Shown here in pieces: positions 17,158 through 26,329 of a stretch of 64,000 nucleotides of DNA. How positions within the stretch are numbered: the stretch's first letter is position 1; each line of letters starts with the position of its first letter. The notes below the pieces were generated by a model. It was not told the DNA's origin, made no database searches, and saw nothing but the letters and a program-made list of their open reading frames with translations. Made by a program: the position numbers and the translations under genes. The stretch comes from an uncultured Actinomycetota bacterium (GTDB lineage Bacteria > Actinomycetota > Actinomycetes > Streptosporangiales > Streptosporangiaceae). The stretch covers positions 439,182 through 503,181 of the forward strand of contig CAWFVM010000001.1 in NCBI GenBank assembly GCA_963819285.1, given 5' to 3'.

Positions 17158-19394
17158 ATGCTCGCCACCGACCTGATCCTTGGCCAGGTCGAGACCGCCG
17201 TGATCGTCGTTGATCACGATGGCTGCCTGCGCTATGCCAATGACTTCGCCGCCCACCTGTTCGGATTCCCTGACCCCGGCCACCTGACCGACGTGCCGTT
17301 CCGCGCCCTTGGCTTCGACGAGGACGACCTGTCCAAGGTGGCCAACCTGGAACGGCAGGCCTGCCGGGGCCGGGACTGGGAAGGCACGCTGTCGATCCGG
17401 CGTCCCGATGGCTCGAACTTCTTCGTCCGGATGAACGCGACGGCGATGCGCGGCAGCGTCGGCGAGGTCGCCGGCACCGTGATCATGGCCAAGGAAGCGC
17501 TGCAGCCAGGCACGGAGTCCTCGACTGACCGGGTCGGCCTGCTCGACCGGATCGGCCAGCGGCTTGGCAAGTCGCTCGAGCTCAACGACACCCTGCATCA
17601 GGTCGCCGACACCCTGGTGCCGCAGTTCGCCGACCACTGCTTCATCGATCTCCGGGTCACCGACCGGCGCAAGGGCGAGGGGCTGGTCCGCCGGGTCCAG
17701 ATGAATGCCTGGGACTGGGAGCCGCCCGCCGGGGCCTGGGCGGAGGTTGGCGAGCCGGTCAACTACCCCAAGGGACATTTCTGCCGCAAGGCGCTCGATC
17801 AGGACGAGGTCGTGCTGATCGAGGACATCAACGATCAGGCCTATCCCGCTCCGACCAGGGAGAGCATGGACGCGAGCCTGGAGAGTCGGCATCAACTCCG
17901 TGATCGCGGCGCCCCTCACCGCACGCGGCCAGCGTCTCGGCGTGATGACCCTGGCCTTGTCCGGGCTGACCGTGCGCGAGGACGCCAAGCACTATGTCGC
18001 CGACGACCGTGACCTGGTGGCGGCGATCGCCAGCCGGGTCGCGATCGCGATCGACAACGCTATGCTGTTCGAGGAGGAGCGAGCCACGGCGGTGGCCTTC
18101 CAGGACAGCCTGCTGCCATCCCAGCCGCCGAAGCTCGACGGTCTTGAGGTTGCCTACCGGTATGTGCCGGCCAAGCCGCTTGAGAGCCACGGCCAGGGCA
18201 TCCAGACCCAGGTCGGCGGCGACTGGTACGACATCATCCAGCTCTCGGCGGGCCGGATCGGCATCGTGATCGGCGACGTGGAAGGGCGCGGCGCCAAGGC
18301 GGCCGCGGTCATGGGTCAGCTTCGCTCCGCGCTCCGGGCGTTCGCGCAGGATGACAAGCCGCCCGCCGACATCTTGCGCAGGCTGGACGACTGGTGCTGG
18401 CGGATGACGGACGACGGCGGTGACCCGCTCGCGGCCTCCCCGATCGTGAGCTGCACCTACCTGATCTATGACCCCTGGTCACGCCAGCTCACGATCGCCA
18501 ATGCCGGGCACCTGTCGCCCCTGATGGTGACCAAGGGCGACGTGCGCCCGCTGGAGCTCGAGCATCCGGGGCGTGCTGCTCGGCGTGCGCGGCATCGGCG
18601 TGCCCGGCGTGCCGACCTACCGCGAGGAAACCCGGGCACTGGCCCCGGGGGCGACGCTGATCTTCTACACCGACGGGCTGGTCGACCGGCGAGCCAGGGC
18701 GGACGGGCCTGGCCACTACGACGACGCCGAGGTTTTCGCCATGCTCAGCGAGTCGGTCAAGGCCGTCGCCGATGAAGGCGTTGAGCTGATCGCCGAGGCG
18801 GCCGAGCACGCCGTTCCCGGCAACATCGACGACGACATGGCCATCCTGGTGGTCAGGACCGCGACCGAGGAGCTGGCGACCTGGGACACCAAGTTCCCGG
18901 CCGAGCCGATCAAGGTCTCCGAGGCCAGGCGGATGCGCGTTCGAGACGTTCGTCGAGTGCGGGATGGACAACGAGCAGGCGGAGCTGGCCTGCCTGCTGG
19001 TCTCCGAGGTGGTCACCAACGTCGTGCTGCACACGGCCGTAGCGCCGAGCCCGCGGCACGAGTTCGCTCGACGCAGTCGGCCAGATCGGGCAGCGTGGAA
19101 GACTGGCTCGACTCGCCGCTCAACGAGGACTTCGTCAGCGCGGAGGGCCAGGAGTTCACGCTGCGCATCCGCAAGGGCGCCGATTCGGTCTGGGTCGAGG
19201 TCTTCGACTCCGACCTGCGGCTGCCGAGGATCCGGATGGCCGGGGAGAACGACGAGGGCGGGCGCGGTCTCTACCTGGTCGACCAGCTCGCCGCCCGGTG
19301 GGGCTCCCGGCCGACCGAGGACGGCAAGGCGGTCTGGTTCGAGATGCCGATCAAGACGGCCTCATCCAGCCTGTTATCGATGGCGGCCGCCTGA
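17158..19394 (+). pseudogene. PAS-GAF-PP2C(SpoIIE) phosphatase-HATPase (RsbW-like) multidomain regulator, about 5 frame shifts
   Basis: The domain order is readable across ORFs 17107..18012, 17900..18775, 18573..19394 and 18964..19407. Motifs: GGDWYD, VIGDVEGRGAKAAAVMGQLRS, LIFYTDGLVD, ELACLLVSEVVTNVVLHT, EGGRGLYLVDQLAARWG. Shifts are near 17887, 18569, 18936, 19066 and 19091, all behaving as +1. Confidence 0.8.
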
Positions 19395-19414
19395 GGCCCT
19401 GAGCTAGGCCTCAG
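19391..19414. terminator. 8-bp stem-loop between convergent genes
   Basis: CTGAGGCC-ctgagcta-GGCCTCAG overlaps the stop codon of the PP2C gene. Confidence 0.4.
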
Positions 19415-19465
19415 TGGTTCTCGTTGCCCAGAGGATCAGGACGCAGATCGCGATGCCGGCGACCG

Positions 19466-19576
19466 CTACCCGTAAAAGCCCGTGCGCACCGGCACGCCAA
19501 TCCGGCGCCTGACCCGCGTGACGACAACCGCGATCAAGATGGCGATGAAGCCGAGCAGGATGAGGCCGTCGGTCAT
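19466..19576 (-). CDS. possible 36-aa single-TM peptide (below the ORF-track length cut-off)
   Basis: ATG 19576 is preceded by GGGGAGGCAGGC. The translation is MTDGLILLGFIAILIAVVVTRVRRRIGVPVRTGFYG, a hydrophobic helix followed by a basic tail. There is no other support. Confidence 0.25.
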   Translation of the reverse strand: MTDGLILLGFIAILIAVVVTRVRRRIGVPVRTGFYG

Positions 19577-19601
19577 GCCTGCCTCCCCGTGATGCTCAAG
19601 G

Positions 19602-20064
19602 TCAAGAACTGCATTCAGCATAACGGGAATTCTCCGGTAACTCACCGCCGCAAGCCAATGTCTGCCGTGCCGAGACGGCGCTCACCGGCGCTGCCCGCCC
19701 CGGACGGCTGACCGAGTCGTGCAGCCGTCGAAGGACGACCACCTGCCTGGACAGCACCTCGATCCGGTCCCGCACCAGCCTGGCGGCCGAGTCCCGCTGC
19801 CCGGCGCTCACCTGGCGGCCCGCCGCGAGCCTGGTCATAGCCTTGATCTCATCGAGCCGGAAGCCCAGGTCTTCAGCGCGAGCGCCGCACTGAGGTAGCC
19901 GCCGTACTCGCGCGGGTACTTCCTGGTGCCGCCCGCCGAGCGGCCCGAGCCGGCAGGATGCCCAGCTCCTCGTAATACCTGATCGTCCGGCTCGTCACGC
20001 CCGAATCCCTGGCGAGCTGCCCGATGCTGACCAGCCCTGACGTATCGTCGTTGATCTTCGCCAT
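19602..20064 (-). pseudogene. MerR family transcriptional regulator, two -1 shifts
   Basis: MAKINDDTSGLVSIGQLARDSGVTSRTIRYYEELGILP continues in a second frame as GTRKYPREYGGYLSAALALK and in a third as LGFRLDEIKAMTRLAAGRQ... (ORFs 19873..20205 and 19602..19838). Divergent from the thiolase gene. Confidence 0.7.
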
Positions 20065-20192
20065 GCCCCCGGATCCCCCCTGCTTCCCCCAGTCGGATCG
20101 TAGTGACCAGCGCCCTATGGCGGTCGGCCTACCGGGGGGTAACCTCGAAACCAATGTCCCCGTCCTGATGGCTGGCGTAAGTGGAGGTCGCA

Positions 20193-21342
20193 GTGTCGCA
20201 GGCATACATCGTCGGAGCGGTCAGGACCCCGGTGGGCCGCGAAACGGCGGCCTGTCGCGTCGGTGCACCCGGTCGACCTTGGCGCGCACGTGCTGGCCGA
20301 GCTGGTCGACCCGCACCGGAGTCGACCCGGCCGCGGTCGAGGACGTGATCATGGGCTGCGTGTCGCAGGTCGGCCCGCAGGCGATCGACATCGCGCGCAA
20401 CGCCTGGCTGTCGGCCGGACCTGCCAGAGTCGGTGCCTGGCGTCACCATCGACCGGCAGTGCGGCTCGTCCCAGCAGGCCGTGCATTTCGCCGCTCAGGG
20501 CGTGCTGTCAGGTACGCAGGACCTGGTCGTCGCGGCCGGGGTCGAGAGCATGAGCCAGGTGCCGATGGGCACCTCGGTGGCGCTGCTGCTCGAGAAGGGC
20601 CTGGCGTTCCCGTACGGGCAGGGCTGGCGGGAGCGGTACGGCAAGCAGGAGATCTCCCAGTTCCGCGGCGCGCAGCTGATGTGCGAGAAGTGGGACATCA
20701 AGCGGCAGGCGCTCGAGGAGTTCGCGCTCGAGAGCCACGCGCGAGCGGTGCGGGCGATCGACGAGGGCAGGTTCGAGCGCGAGATCACGCCGGTCGAACG
20801 GGGTCAGCGCGGATGAGGGCCCGCGCCGCGACACCACGCTGGAGAAGATGGCCGAGCTGAAGCCGCTGCGCGATGGCTGGGAGGTCACCGCCGCTGCCGC
20901 CTCGCAGATCTCCGACGGCGCCGCCGCGGTGCTGATCGCCTCGGAGGACGCCGTCAAGCGGCACGGGCTGACGCCGCGCGCGCGGATCCACTCGCTGACG
21001 GTCGTCGGCGCCGACCCGGTGTTCATGCTGACCGGCCCGATCCCGGCGACCGAGAGGGCGCTGGCCAAGGGCAAGCTCAGCATTGACGACATCGATGTCT
21101 TCGAGGTCAACGAGGCGTTCGCGCCGGTCCTGATCGCCTGGTCGGCCGAGACCGGCGCGTCGCTGGAGAGGACCAACCCGAACGGCGGCGCGATCGCGCT
21201 CGGGCACCCGCTCGGCGCGACCGGCGCGATCTTGATGACCAAGCTGCTGCACGAGCTCGAGCGCACCGGCGGCCGGTACGGCCTGCAGACCATGTGCGAG
21301 GGCGGCGGCCAGGCCAACGCCACCATCATCGAGCGGCTATAG
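20193..21342 (+). pseudogene. acetyl-CoA acetyltransferase (thiolase), about 5 frame shifts
   Basis: GTG 20193 follows GGAGG. The thiolase sequence is readable across three frames: VSQAYIVGAVRTPVGR / NGGLS / VHPVDLGAHVLAELVD / TGVDPAAVEDVIMGCVSQVGPQAIDIARNAWLSAG / VPGVTIDRQCGSSQQA...VESMS / ...NEAFAPV...NPNGGAIALGHPLGATG...CEGGGQANA. Shifts are near 20241, 20261, 20310, 20425 and 20812. Confidence 0.85.
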
Positions 21343-21376
21343 GCGGGCGCTGGCCCGGCGAGCAACAACCGGCGGT

Positions 21377-21429
21377 AGCTTTCCTTTAATTCTGAAAGCT
21401 AGTAAATCTCTAATTTGACTTAGAGGTTT
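21377..21429. promoter_or_regulatory. AT-rich hsp20 promoter region with two inverted repeats (candidate operator)
   Basis: AGCTTTC-N10-GAAAGCT lies at 21377-21400. AAATCTCTAA-tttgac-TTAGAGGTTT (21404-21429) matches 9/10 in its arms and overlaps a TTGACT -35-like hexamer. It lies about 70-120 nt upstream of hsp20. Confidence 0.4.
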
Positions 21430-21500
21430 TTCTTCGGTAGAACTATAGATAACCGAGGCCCAGGGCTGGATCTCGGGGGTTCTACTGGAGGTGGATCACA

Positions 21501-21938
21501 GTGCTGCTGACATCTTTCGACCCGTTCGTCACCGACTTCGACCGGATCGTTCAGCGGACCTTTGGCTGGACCGACGGCAGCTCTGCTGGCCGCGCCGCCC
21601 TGCCGATGGACGTCATCAGGCGCGACGGCGAGGTCGTGCTCCGGATTGACCTGCCCGGCGCCGACCCGGACAGCATCGAGGTCACCACGGACCGCCGGGT
21701 GCTGAACGTGTCAGCCAAGCGGACCGAGAGCTACGGAGACCAGGAGCGGCCGGTCCTGCGCGAGCGCGTCATGGGCTCGTTCAGCCGCAAGATCCGGCTG
21801 GCCGAGACGGTCGATGCCAAGAAGGTGCAGGCCGAGTACGAGAATGGCGTACTGACTGTCGTGCTGCCGCTGACCGAGCAGGCCAAGCCGCACAAGATCG
21901 AGATCAAGCGGCCCGGAGCGCCTGAGCTGACCGCCTGA
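21501..21938 (+). CDS. Hsp20/alpha-crystallin family small heat-shock protein
   Basis: 145 aa with an alpha-crystallin domain (PMDVIRRDGEVVLRIDLPGADPDSIEVTTDRRVLNVSAKR...YENGVLTVVLP). GTG start follows GGAGGTGG. Confidence 0.9.
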   Translation: MLLTSFDPFVTDFDRIVQRTFGWTDGSSAGRAALPMDVIRRDGEVVLRIDLPGADPDSIEVTTDRRVLNVSAKRTESYGDQERPVLRERVMGSFSRKIRLAETVDAKKVQAEYENGVLTVVLPLTEQAKPHKIEIKRPGAPELTA

Positions 21939-21953
21939 TCGGGATCGCGGGCA

Positions 21954-21989
21954 GGGCCGGGAGAGCGGTGCGGACCGCTTGCCCGGCCC
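21954..21989 (+). terminator. GC-rich stem-loop between hsp20 and the MerR gene (terminator/attenuator candidate)
   Basis: GGGCCGGG-AG-AGCGGT-gcgg-ACCGCT-TG-CCCGGCCC forms a bipartite stem. Confidence 0.4.
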
Positions 21990-21995
21990 GCTTCG

Positions 21996-22361
21996 ATGCT
22001 GGAGTGTGTGACCGTGCTGCCGTTTGAAGATGAGAACCTGCCGCTGTTCACCGTCGGCCAGGTTGCGTCGATGCTCGAGGTGCAGCAGGCGTTCCTGCGC
22101 CGCCTCGACGAGCACGGCGTGGTCAGGCCGTCCCGCTCGACGGGCGGCCAGCGGCGGTACTCGCGCGTCGAGGTGACCGTCGTCCAGTACGTCTCCAGGC
22201 TCGCCGACGAGGGAATGACGCTCGCGGCCATCCGCCGGGTACTGGAGCTCGAAGAGAAGGTCAAGATCCTTCAGGTCGAATTGGACGCACTCAGAACCGC
22301 CCTGGCCGAGCGCGATCGCCTGCTCGCGACTCTCCTAACCCGCCCCCCAAGACAGTCTTAG
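21996..22361 (+). CDS. MerR-family regulator (HspR-like heat-shock regulator candidate)
   Basis: 121 aa. MerR HTH (LFTVGQVASMLEVQQAFLRRLDEHGVVRPSRSTGGQRRYS) plus a coiled-coil tail. Co-oriented directly downstream of hsp20. Confidence 0.8.
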   Translation: MLECVTVLPFEDENLPLFTVGQVASMLEVQQAFLRRLDEHGVVRPSRSTGGQRRYSRVEVTVVQYVSRLADEGMTLAAIRRVLELEEKVKILQVELDALRTALAERDRLLATLLTRPPRQS

Positions 22362-22438
22362 CCACGCCCCCATCCCCGGCCGCCGCGATCCCCGTCCCCG
22401 GCCGCGTCGATTCACCCCCGGCCGCCCGTCCCGGCCAC

Positions 22439-23112
22439 CGCGACTCACCCCCAGGTTCCGCCGCGAACTCACCCCCAGGCTCCGCCGCGAACTCTCGCCC
22501 TACGTGTTTCCGTGATCATGGTCGGCGGGTTGATCTCGGAAACGAGCTGGTGTGATCACGCCAGCAGAAGCCTCCGTGATCACCGTCCCCGACATGATCA
22601 GCGGAACATTGGCGGGGGGACCGCCCCGGTACTCACCCGTTTCGGGCTGAGATCACGGAAACTTGGCTCTGGCGCGAGTTCCGTGAAGTTGGCAGGAACC
22701 TGGTTCCGGGGTGGCTGGTCCAGACCGGGCCTGTGCCGCCGCTGGCGTGCCGGGCTGCACCCCATCGATGTGACATAGCTGGGGCTGGAGCCCCAGCGCT
22801 GCCACATCCATGGGGCGGCCAGCGGCCAGCATCACGGAATTCGCGCCAGAGCCCGGAACTTCACTGGTGGTGCTGGCGCTGCGGGGTTATGCCAGACCGG
22901 TTCGGCGCACTGCCAGGAACTCTAAGGCGGTTGTCTGGGTGCGGTGGCTGGTCGCCCGTCCTCCTGGCCGGATTGCGCGGCCGGATGGTGCGGCCGGGCT
23001 GAGGCTGAAGACAGCTGGGGTCCCCTGCTGTCGTCAGCGCAGCAGCAGGGGACCCCAACTGCAACGCCGCGTGTCGTCGCCGCCACCCCGACTCCGGCAT
23101 TCCCGGCAAACT
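22439..23112. repeat. mosaic repeat cluster, locus C (H1 x2, reversed H1-type module x2, H3, H4, 23-bp tandem)
   Basis: 23-bp tandem x2 at 22439-22486. H1 hairpins at 22509-22542 and 22573-22607. GATCACGGAA..TTCCGTGA modules near 22650-22690 and 22830-22860. H3 at 22764-22813. H4 hairpin CTGGGGTCCCCTGCTG-N9-CAGCAGCAGGGGACCCCAA at 23016-23059, followed by the conserved CCGGCATTCCCGGCAAAC. Confidence 0.8.
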
Positions 23113-23206
23113 GACCGTCCCCTGCGAGCCAGGTCGGCCAGGCTCCTGGAACCTTGCTGGGTGAGTAGGCCGGCGGGAGGATGAGCCGGCGCGTGGCGGG
23201 TAGCGG

Positions 23207-24364
23207 GTGGCGGTGCGAAGCCGGCTGCCGTGGGTGCTCGCGCTGGCCGGCGTGGTCTGCGCAGTGCTGGCTACCGGGCTGAGGCCGGAATTCGCGAGTG
23301 CTAGCGCGAGACAGGACTATCCGGCGTTCGCACTGGTCGCCGGGTTGCTGCTGGTCGGGCTCGTCGCCGATGACGAGGGGCTCTTCGCGGCGGCCGGGCA
23401 CTGGCTGGCCGGGAATACCAGGAGCCCGATCGGGCTCTTTGGCGGGGCGACCCTGATGATTGGCGCGATCACGGCGACGCTCAATCTGGACACGTCCGTG
23501 GCGTTCCTCACCCCGGTCTTTGTCCACGCCGCCCGCAGCCGTGGCAGTGCCTGCGCTGAATCGCCGCTGCTGTACGGCTGCCTGTTGCTGTCGAACGCCG
23601 GCTCCCTGCTGCTGCCCGGCGCCAACCTCACGAACCTGATTGTGCTCGGGGACCAGGGGCTGGGCGGTGGGCGGTTCGTGGCGAGGATGTGGCTGCCCGC
23701 CCTGGCGGCACTGACCGTGACCGCGATCGTCGTTGCTGTCGTCGAGCGCGGGTCCCTGCGTGGCGCAGGGCGTGATGCATCGAGGGGGCCGACTCCTGGC
23801 AGGTTGCTGGCGCCAGGGCCGTTGCTCGCGCTGGGGGCCGTGGTGGCGGCGACGGTGCTGGTGCTGGTGCTGAGTGCGCCGGCTATCCCGGTGCTCGCGG
23901 TGGGTCTCGCGGTGGCCGCCCTGCATGTCGGGCGCGGGCGGGTCAGCCCGGGCGGCGTGGGGGAAGTGCTCGGGGTCCCTGTGCTGATCGGGTTGTTCGG
24001 GATCGCGGTCGCGCTTGGGGTGCTGGGCCGGGCCTGGCACGGGCCCTCGGAGCTGCTCGCGCACACCGGCTCGATCGAAACGGCGGCGCTGGCCGCGGCG
24101 GCGTCGGTCCTGGTCAACAACCTGCCGGCCGCCTCGCTGCTAGCGGCAGGTGCCCTGCGCCATCCTTTCTCACTGCTGGTGGGCTTGAATGTGGGGCCTA
24201 ACCTGTGCGTGACCGGCTCGCTGGCCTGGCTGCTCTGGCTCAAGGCCGGACGTCGGGCCGGCGCGTCGCCGTCGGTGGGCCGGGCGAGCCTGACCGGCCT
24301 GATCGCGGTGCCGCTGTCGATGGCCGCCGCGCTGTGCTGCCTGGTGCTGACTGGGCTGGGGTAG
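23207..24364 (+). CDS. ArsB/NhaD-superfamily permease (arsenite/anion transporter-like)
   Basis: 385 aa, polytopic. LMIGAITATLNLDTSVAFLTPVFV and LLSNAGSLLLPGANLTNLIV resemble the ArsB/citrate-transporter fold. Substrate unknown. Confidence 0.6.
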   Translation: MAVRSRLPWVLALAGVVCAVLATGLRPEFASASARQDYPAFALVAGLLLVGLVADDEGLFAAAGHWLAGNTRSPIGLFGGATLMIGAITATLNLDTSVAFLTPVFVHAARSRGSACAESPLLYGCLLLSNAGSLLLPGANLTNLIVLGDQGLGGGRFVARMWLPALAALTVTAIVVAVVERGSLRGAGRDASRGPTPGRLLAPGPLLALGAVVAATVLVLVLSAPAIPVLAVGLAVAALHVGRGRVSPGGVGEVLGVPVLIGLFGIAVALGVLGRAWHGPSELLAHTGSIETAALAAAASVLVNNLPAASLLAAGALRHPFSLLVGLNVGPNLCVTGSLAWLLWLKAGRRAGASPSVGRASLTGLIAVPLSMAAALCCLVLTGLG

Positions 24365-24564
24365 CGGCGCGGCGGCCGGCTGGTGGCTCCGGTGGCGTTT
24401 GGCAATGACCGGATGGGCAGACTCTCTCGGGTTTATCTTGGTCTGGGAGGATATCGTGTTTCGTTTGTCCGGTGCGCGGCTGCACCTCGTCGAGGTAGCC
24501 GTGGTGGCCGTGGTCGCGCTGGGCGTGACCGTGGGCCCCGGGCTGGCCCGCAAGGCGGGGTTGC

Positions 24565-25461
24565 TTGGACCGCCCGGCTCGGCCCAGGCTGATCGTCACG
24601 ACGCTCAAGCACGCTGCGGCCGGTGGCGTGGTCGCCGCCGGAACGATCAACGGCAAGCGCTGGCAGATCCAGCTTCAGGGAAGCCAGTCCTGGGACGGAA
24701 CGTGGCAGTGCGTGCCCACGATTCTTTTCGCGACGGCGTGTCAGATCGGGACGAACAACCTGTGGGGCCCGTTCCCGAGCCAGAGCGAGCCCGCCTTCCT
24801 CGGGGCCGCTGGCCAGACCATGCTCGGGCAGGTCAGGGACAACGTCAGCAGGCTCAACGTCAGGCTTTCCGATGGGATCGTCCTGAAGCTGCGGCCGGTC
24901 ACGGCTTACGGACGGCGCTGGGTCGGGCTGGTCTTCCCCGCCGGAGTGACGATGAACAGGGCCACCGCCTACTCGGGGGCGATCCAGATCGCGCACACCA
25001 CGCCGTTCATAGCCGATGACGGCAACTACAGCTTCCTGACCTGGCTTGGCCCGGGCGACCATGGTCCCGCCATCGTGACTAAGGCGATCAGCAGGAAGGT
25101 CGTGCCCGGCGACCGGCTGTTCGTCGGGCCCTGGGGCAACTGTGTCGGCTGGCCCGGCGCCTACAGTTGCTGGCCGCTGCGCTCGCTGAACGTATCCGGC
25201 TGGGTGTATGAATTTCCGCATGCCCCGTCCACCCCGCGTTCGGTAGTGATGGCGGTGCGGTCCAGCGTCGCGTACATGCTGCTTCACTTGTCGAACGGCA
25301 AGACCATGCGGGTACGCGTGGTCAAGGGAGCCGGGATCGGCTTCGTGGCCTACCGGATCACTGATAATCCGAGCGTTCTCAGCTGGGGGCTGTACAGCTC
25401 AAGGGGAGTTCGGCTGTCGGGTGGTAACGGCCCGCCGGACTCCAACGTGGCGGATGTCTGA
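24565..25461 (+). CDS. hypothetical protein (probably membrane-anchored/secreted; N-terminus may lie in another frame)
   Basis: High GC3 coding signal, no family recognised. A TM-like N-terminus (VFRLSGARLHLVEVAVVAVVALGVTVGPGLA, from GTG about 24456) sits in the -1-offset frame of ORF 24399..25019. This suggests one more +1 shift near 24540-24600. Confidence 0.55.
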   Translation: MDRPARPRLIVTTLKHAAAGGVVAAGTINGKRWQIQLQGSQSWDGTWQCVPTILFATACQIGTNNLWGPFPSQSEPAFLGAAGQTMLGQVRDNVSRLNVRLSDGIVLKLRPVTAYGRRWVGLVFPAGVTMNRATAYSGAIQIAHTTPFIADDGNYSFLTWLGPGDHGPAIVTKAISRKVVPGDRLFVGPWGNCVGWPGAYSCWPLRSLNVSGWVYEFPHAPSTPRSVVMAVRSSVAYMLLHLSNGKTMRVRVVKGAGIGFVAYRITDNPSVLSWGLYSSRGVRLSGGNGPPDSNVADV

Positions 25462-25485
25462 GGCCCGGGCATCGGTTAGACCCGG

Positions 25486-26061
25486 TTAGACCTTGGCGCG
25501 ATAGAAGTTCAGGAACGACCTCGACGGGGTCGGGCCGCGCTGGTCCTGATAGCGGGAGCCGTACACGGCCGAGCCGTACGGGTGCTCGGCCGGGGAGCTG
25601 GTCTGGAACAGGCAGAGCTGGCCGATCTTCATGCCTGGCCAGAGCATTATCGGCAGCGTGGCCACGTTCGACAGTTCGAGGGTCACGTGGCCGGAAAAGC
25701 CGGGGTCGATCCAGCCGGCCGTCGAGTGCGTGAGCAGGCCCAGGCGGCCAAGGCTCGACTTGCCCTCAAGCCGGCCCGCGATGTTGTCGGGCAGTGTCAC
25801 GATCTCGTAGGTCGAGCCGAGCACGAACTCGCCAGGATGCAGCACGAACGGGTCGTCGCCCTCGGTCTCGACGAGCCGGGTCAGGTCCGGCTGCTCGACC
25901 GCCGGGTCGATATACGGATACCGGTGGTTCTCGAACACCCTGAAATACCGGTCAAGCCGCACATCCACGCTCGACGGCTGGACCAGGTCAGGCTCGAACG
26001 GATCGACCGAGATCCGGCCAGCATCGATCTGGGCTCTGATGTCCCTATCGGAGAGCAGCAC
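25486..26061 (-). CDS. dcd: dCTP deaminase
   Basis: 191 aa, [22 protein letters not shown]...PSSVDVRL...[29 protein letters not shown]. Intact. Confidence 0.95.
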   Translation of the reverse strand: MLLSDRDIRAQIDAGRISVDPFEPDLVQPSSVDVRLDRYFRVFENHRYPYIDPAVEQPDLTRLVETEGDDPFVLHPGEFVLGSTYEIVTLPDNIAGRLEGKSSLGRLGLLTHSTAGWIDPGFSGHVTLELSNVATLPIMLWPGMKIGQLCLFQTSSPAEHPYGSAVYGSRYQDQRGPTPSRSFLNFYRAKV

Positions 26062-26122
26062 TACGGCAACCTACTAGTTCGGGTACGATGTCGTGGCGGT
26101 AGTTGGTCAGGATGCCGTGTGC

Positions 26123-26196
26123 GCGGGTGTAGTTCAATGGCAGAACATCAGCTTCCCAAGCTGACAGTGCGAGTTCGATTCTCGTCACCCGCTCCA
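26123..26196 (+). tRNA. tRNA-Gly (anticodon CCC), CCA encoded
   Basis: GCGGGTG acceptor pairs with CACCCGC. D arm GTTC/GAAC. Anticodon stem TCAGC/GCTGA with loop TTCCCAA. T arm GCGAG-TTCGATT-CTCGT, then T-CCA. Confidence 0.95.
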
Positions 26197-26329
26197 ATGA
26201 CAAAGGCCCAGGCCAGGTGACAATCCCCGGCGTGGGCCTTGATCGTTCCAGGGTCGTAGTTGATCTCCCGTGCAACCCGGCGACCAGCTCTGGACTTGGG
26301 CGGACCAAGCAGGATTTCGCCCGTCCTTC

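Noticed and set aside
22922-24405. ORFs 22922..24064(-) and 23317..24405(-) (380 and 362 aa)
   Set aside because: They are antisense shadows of the ArsB-like permease gene in a high-GC region. Their Arg/Pro/Ala-rich composition shows no domain-like features.
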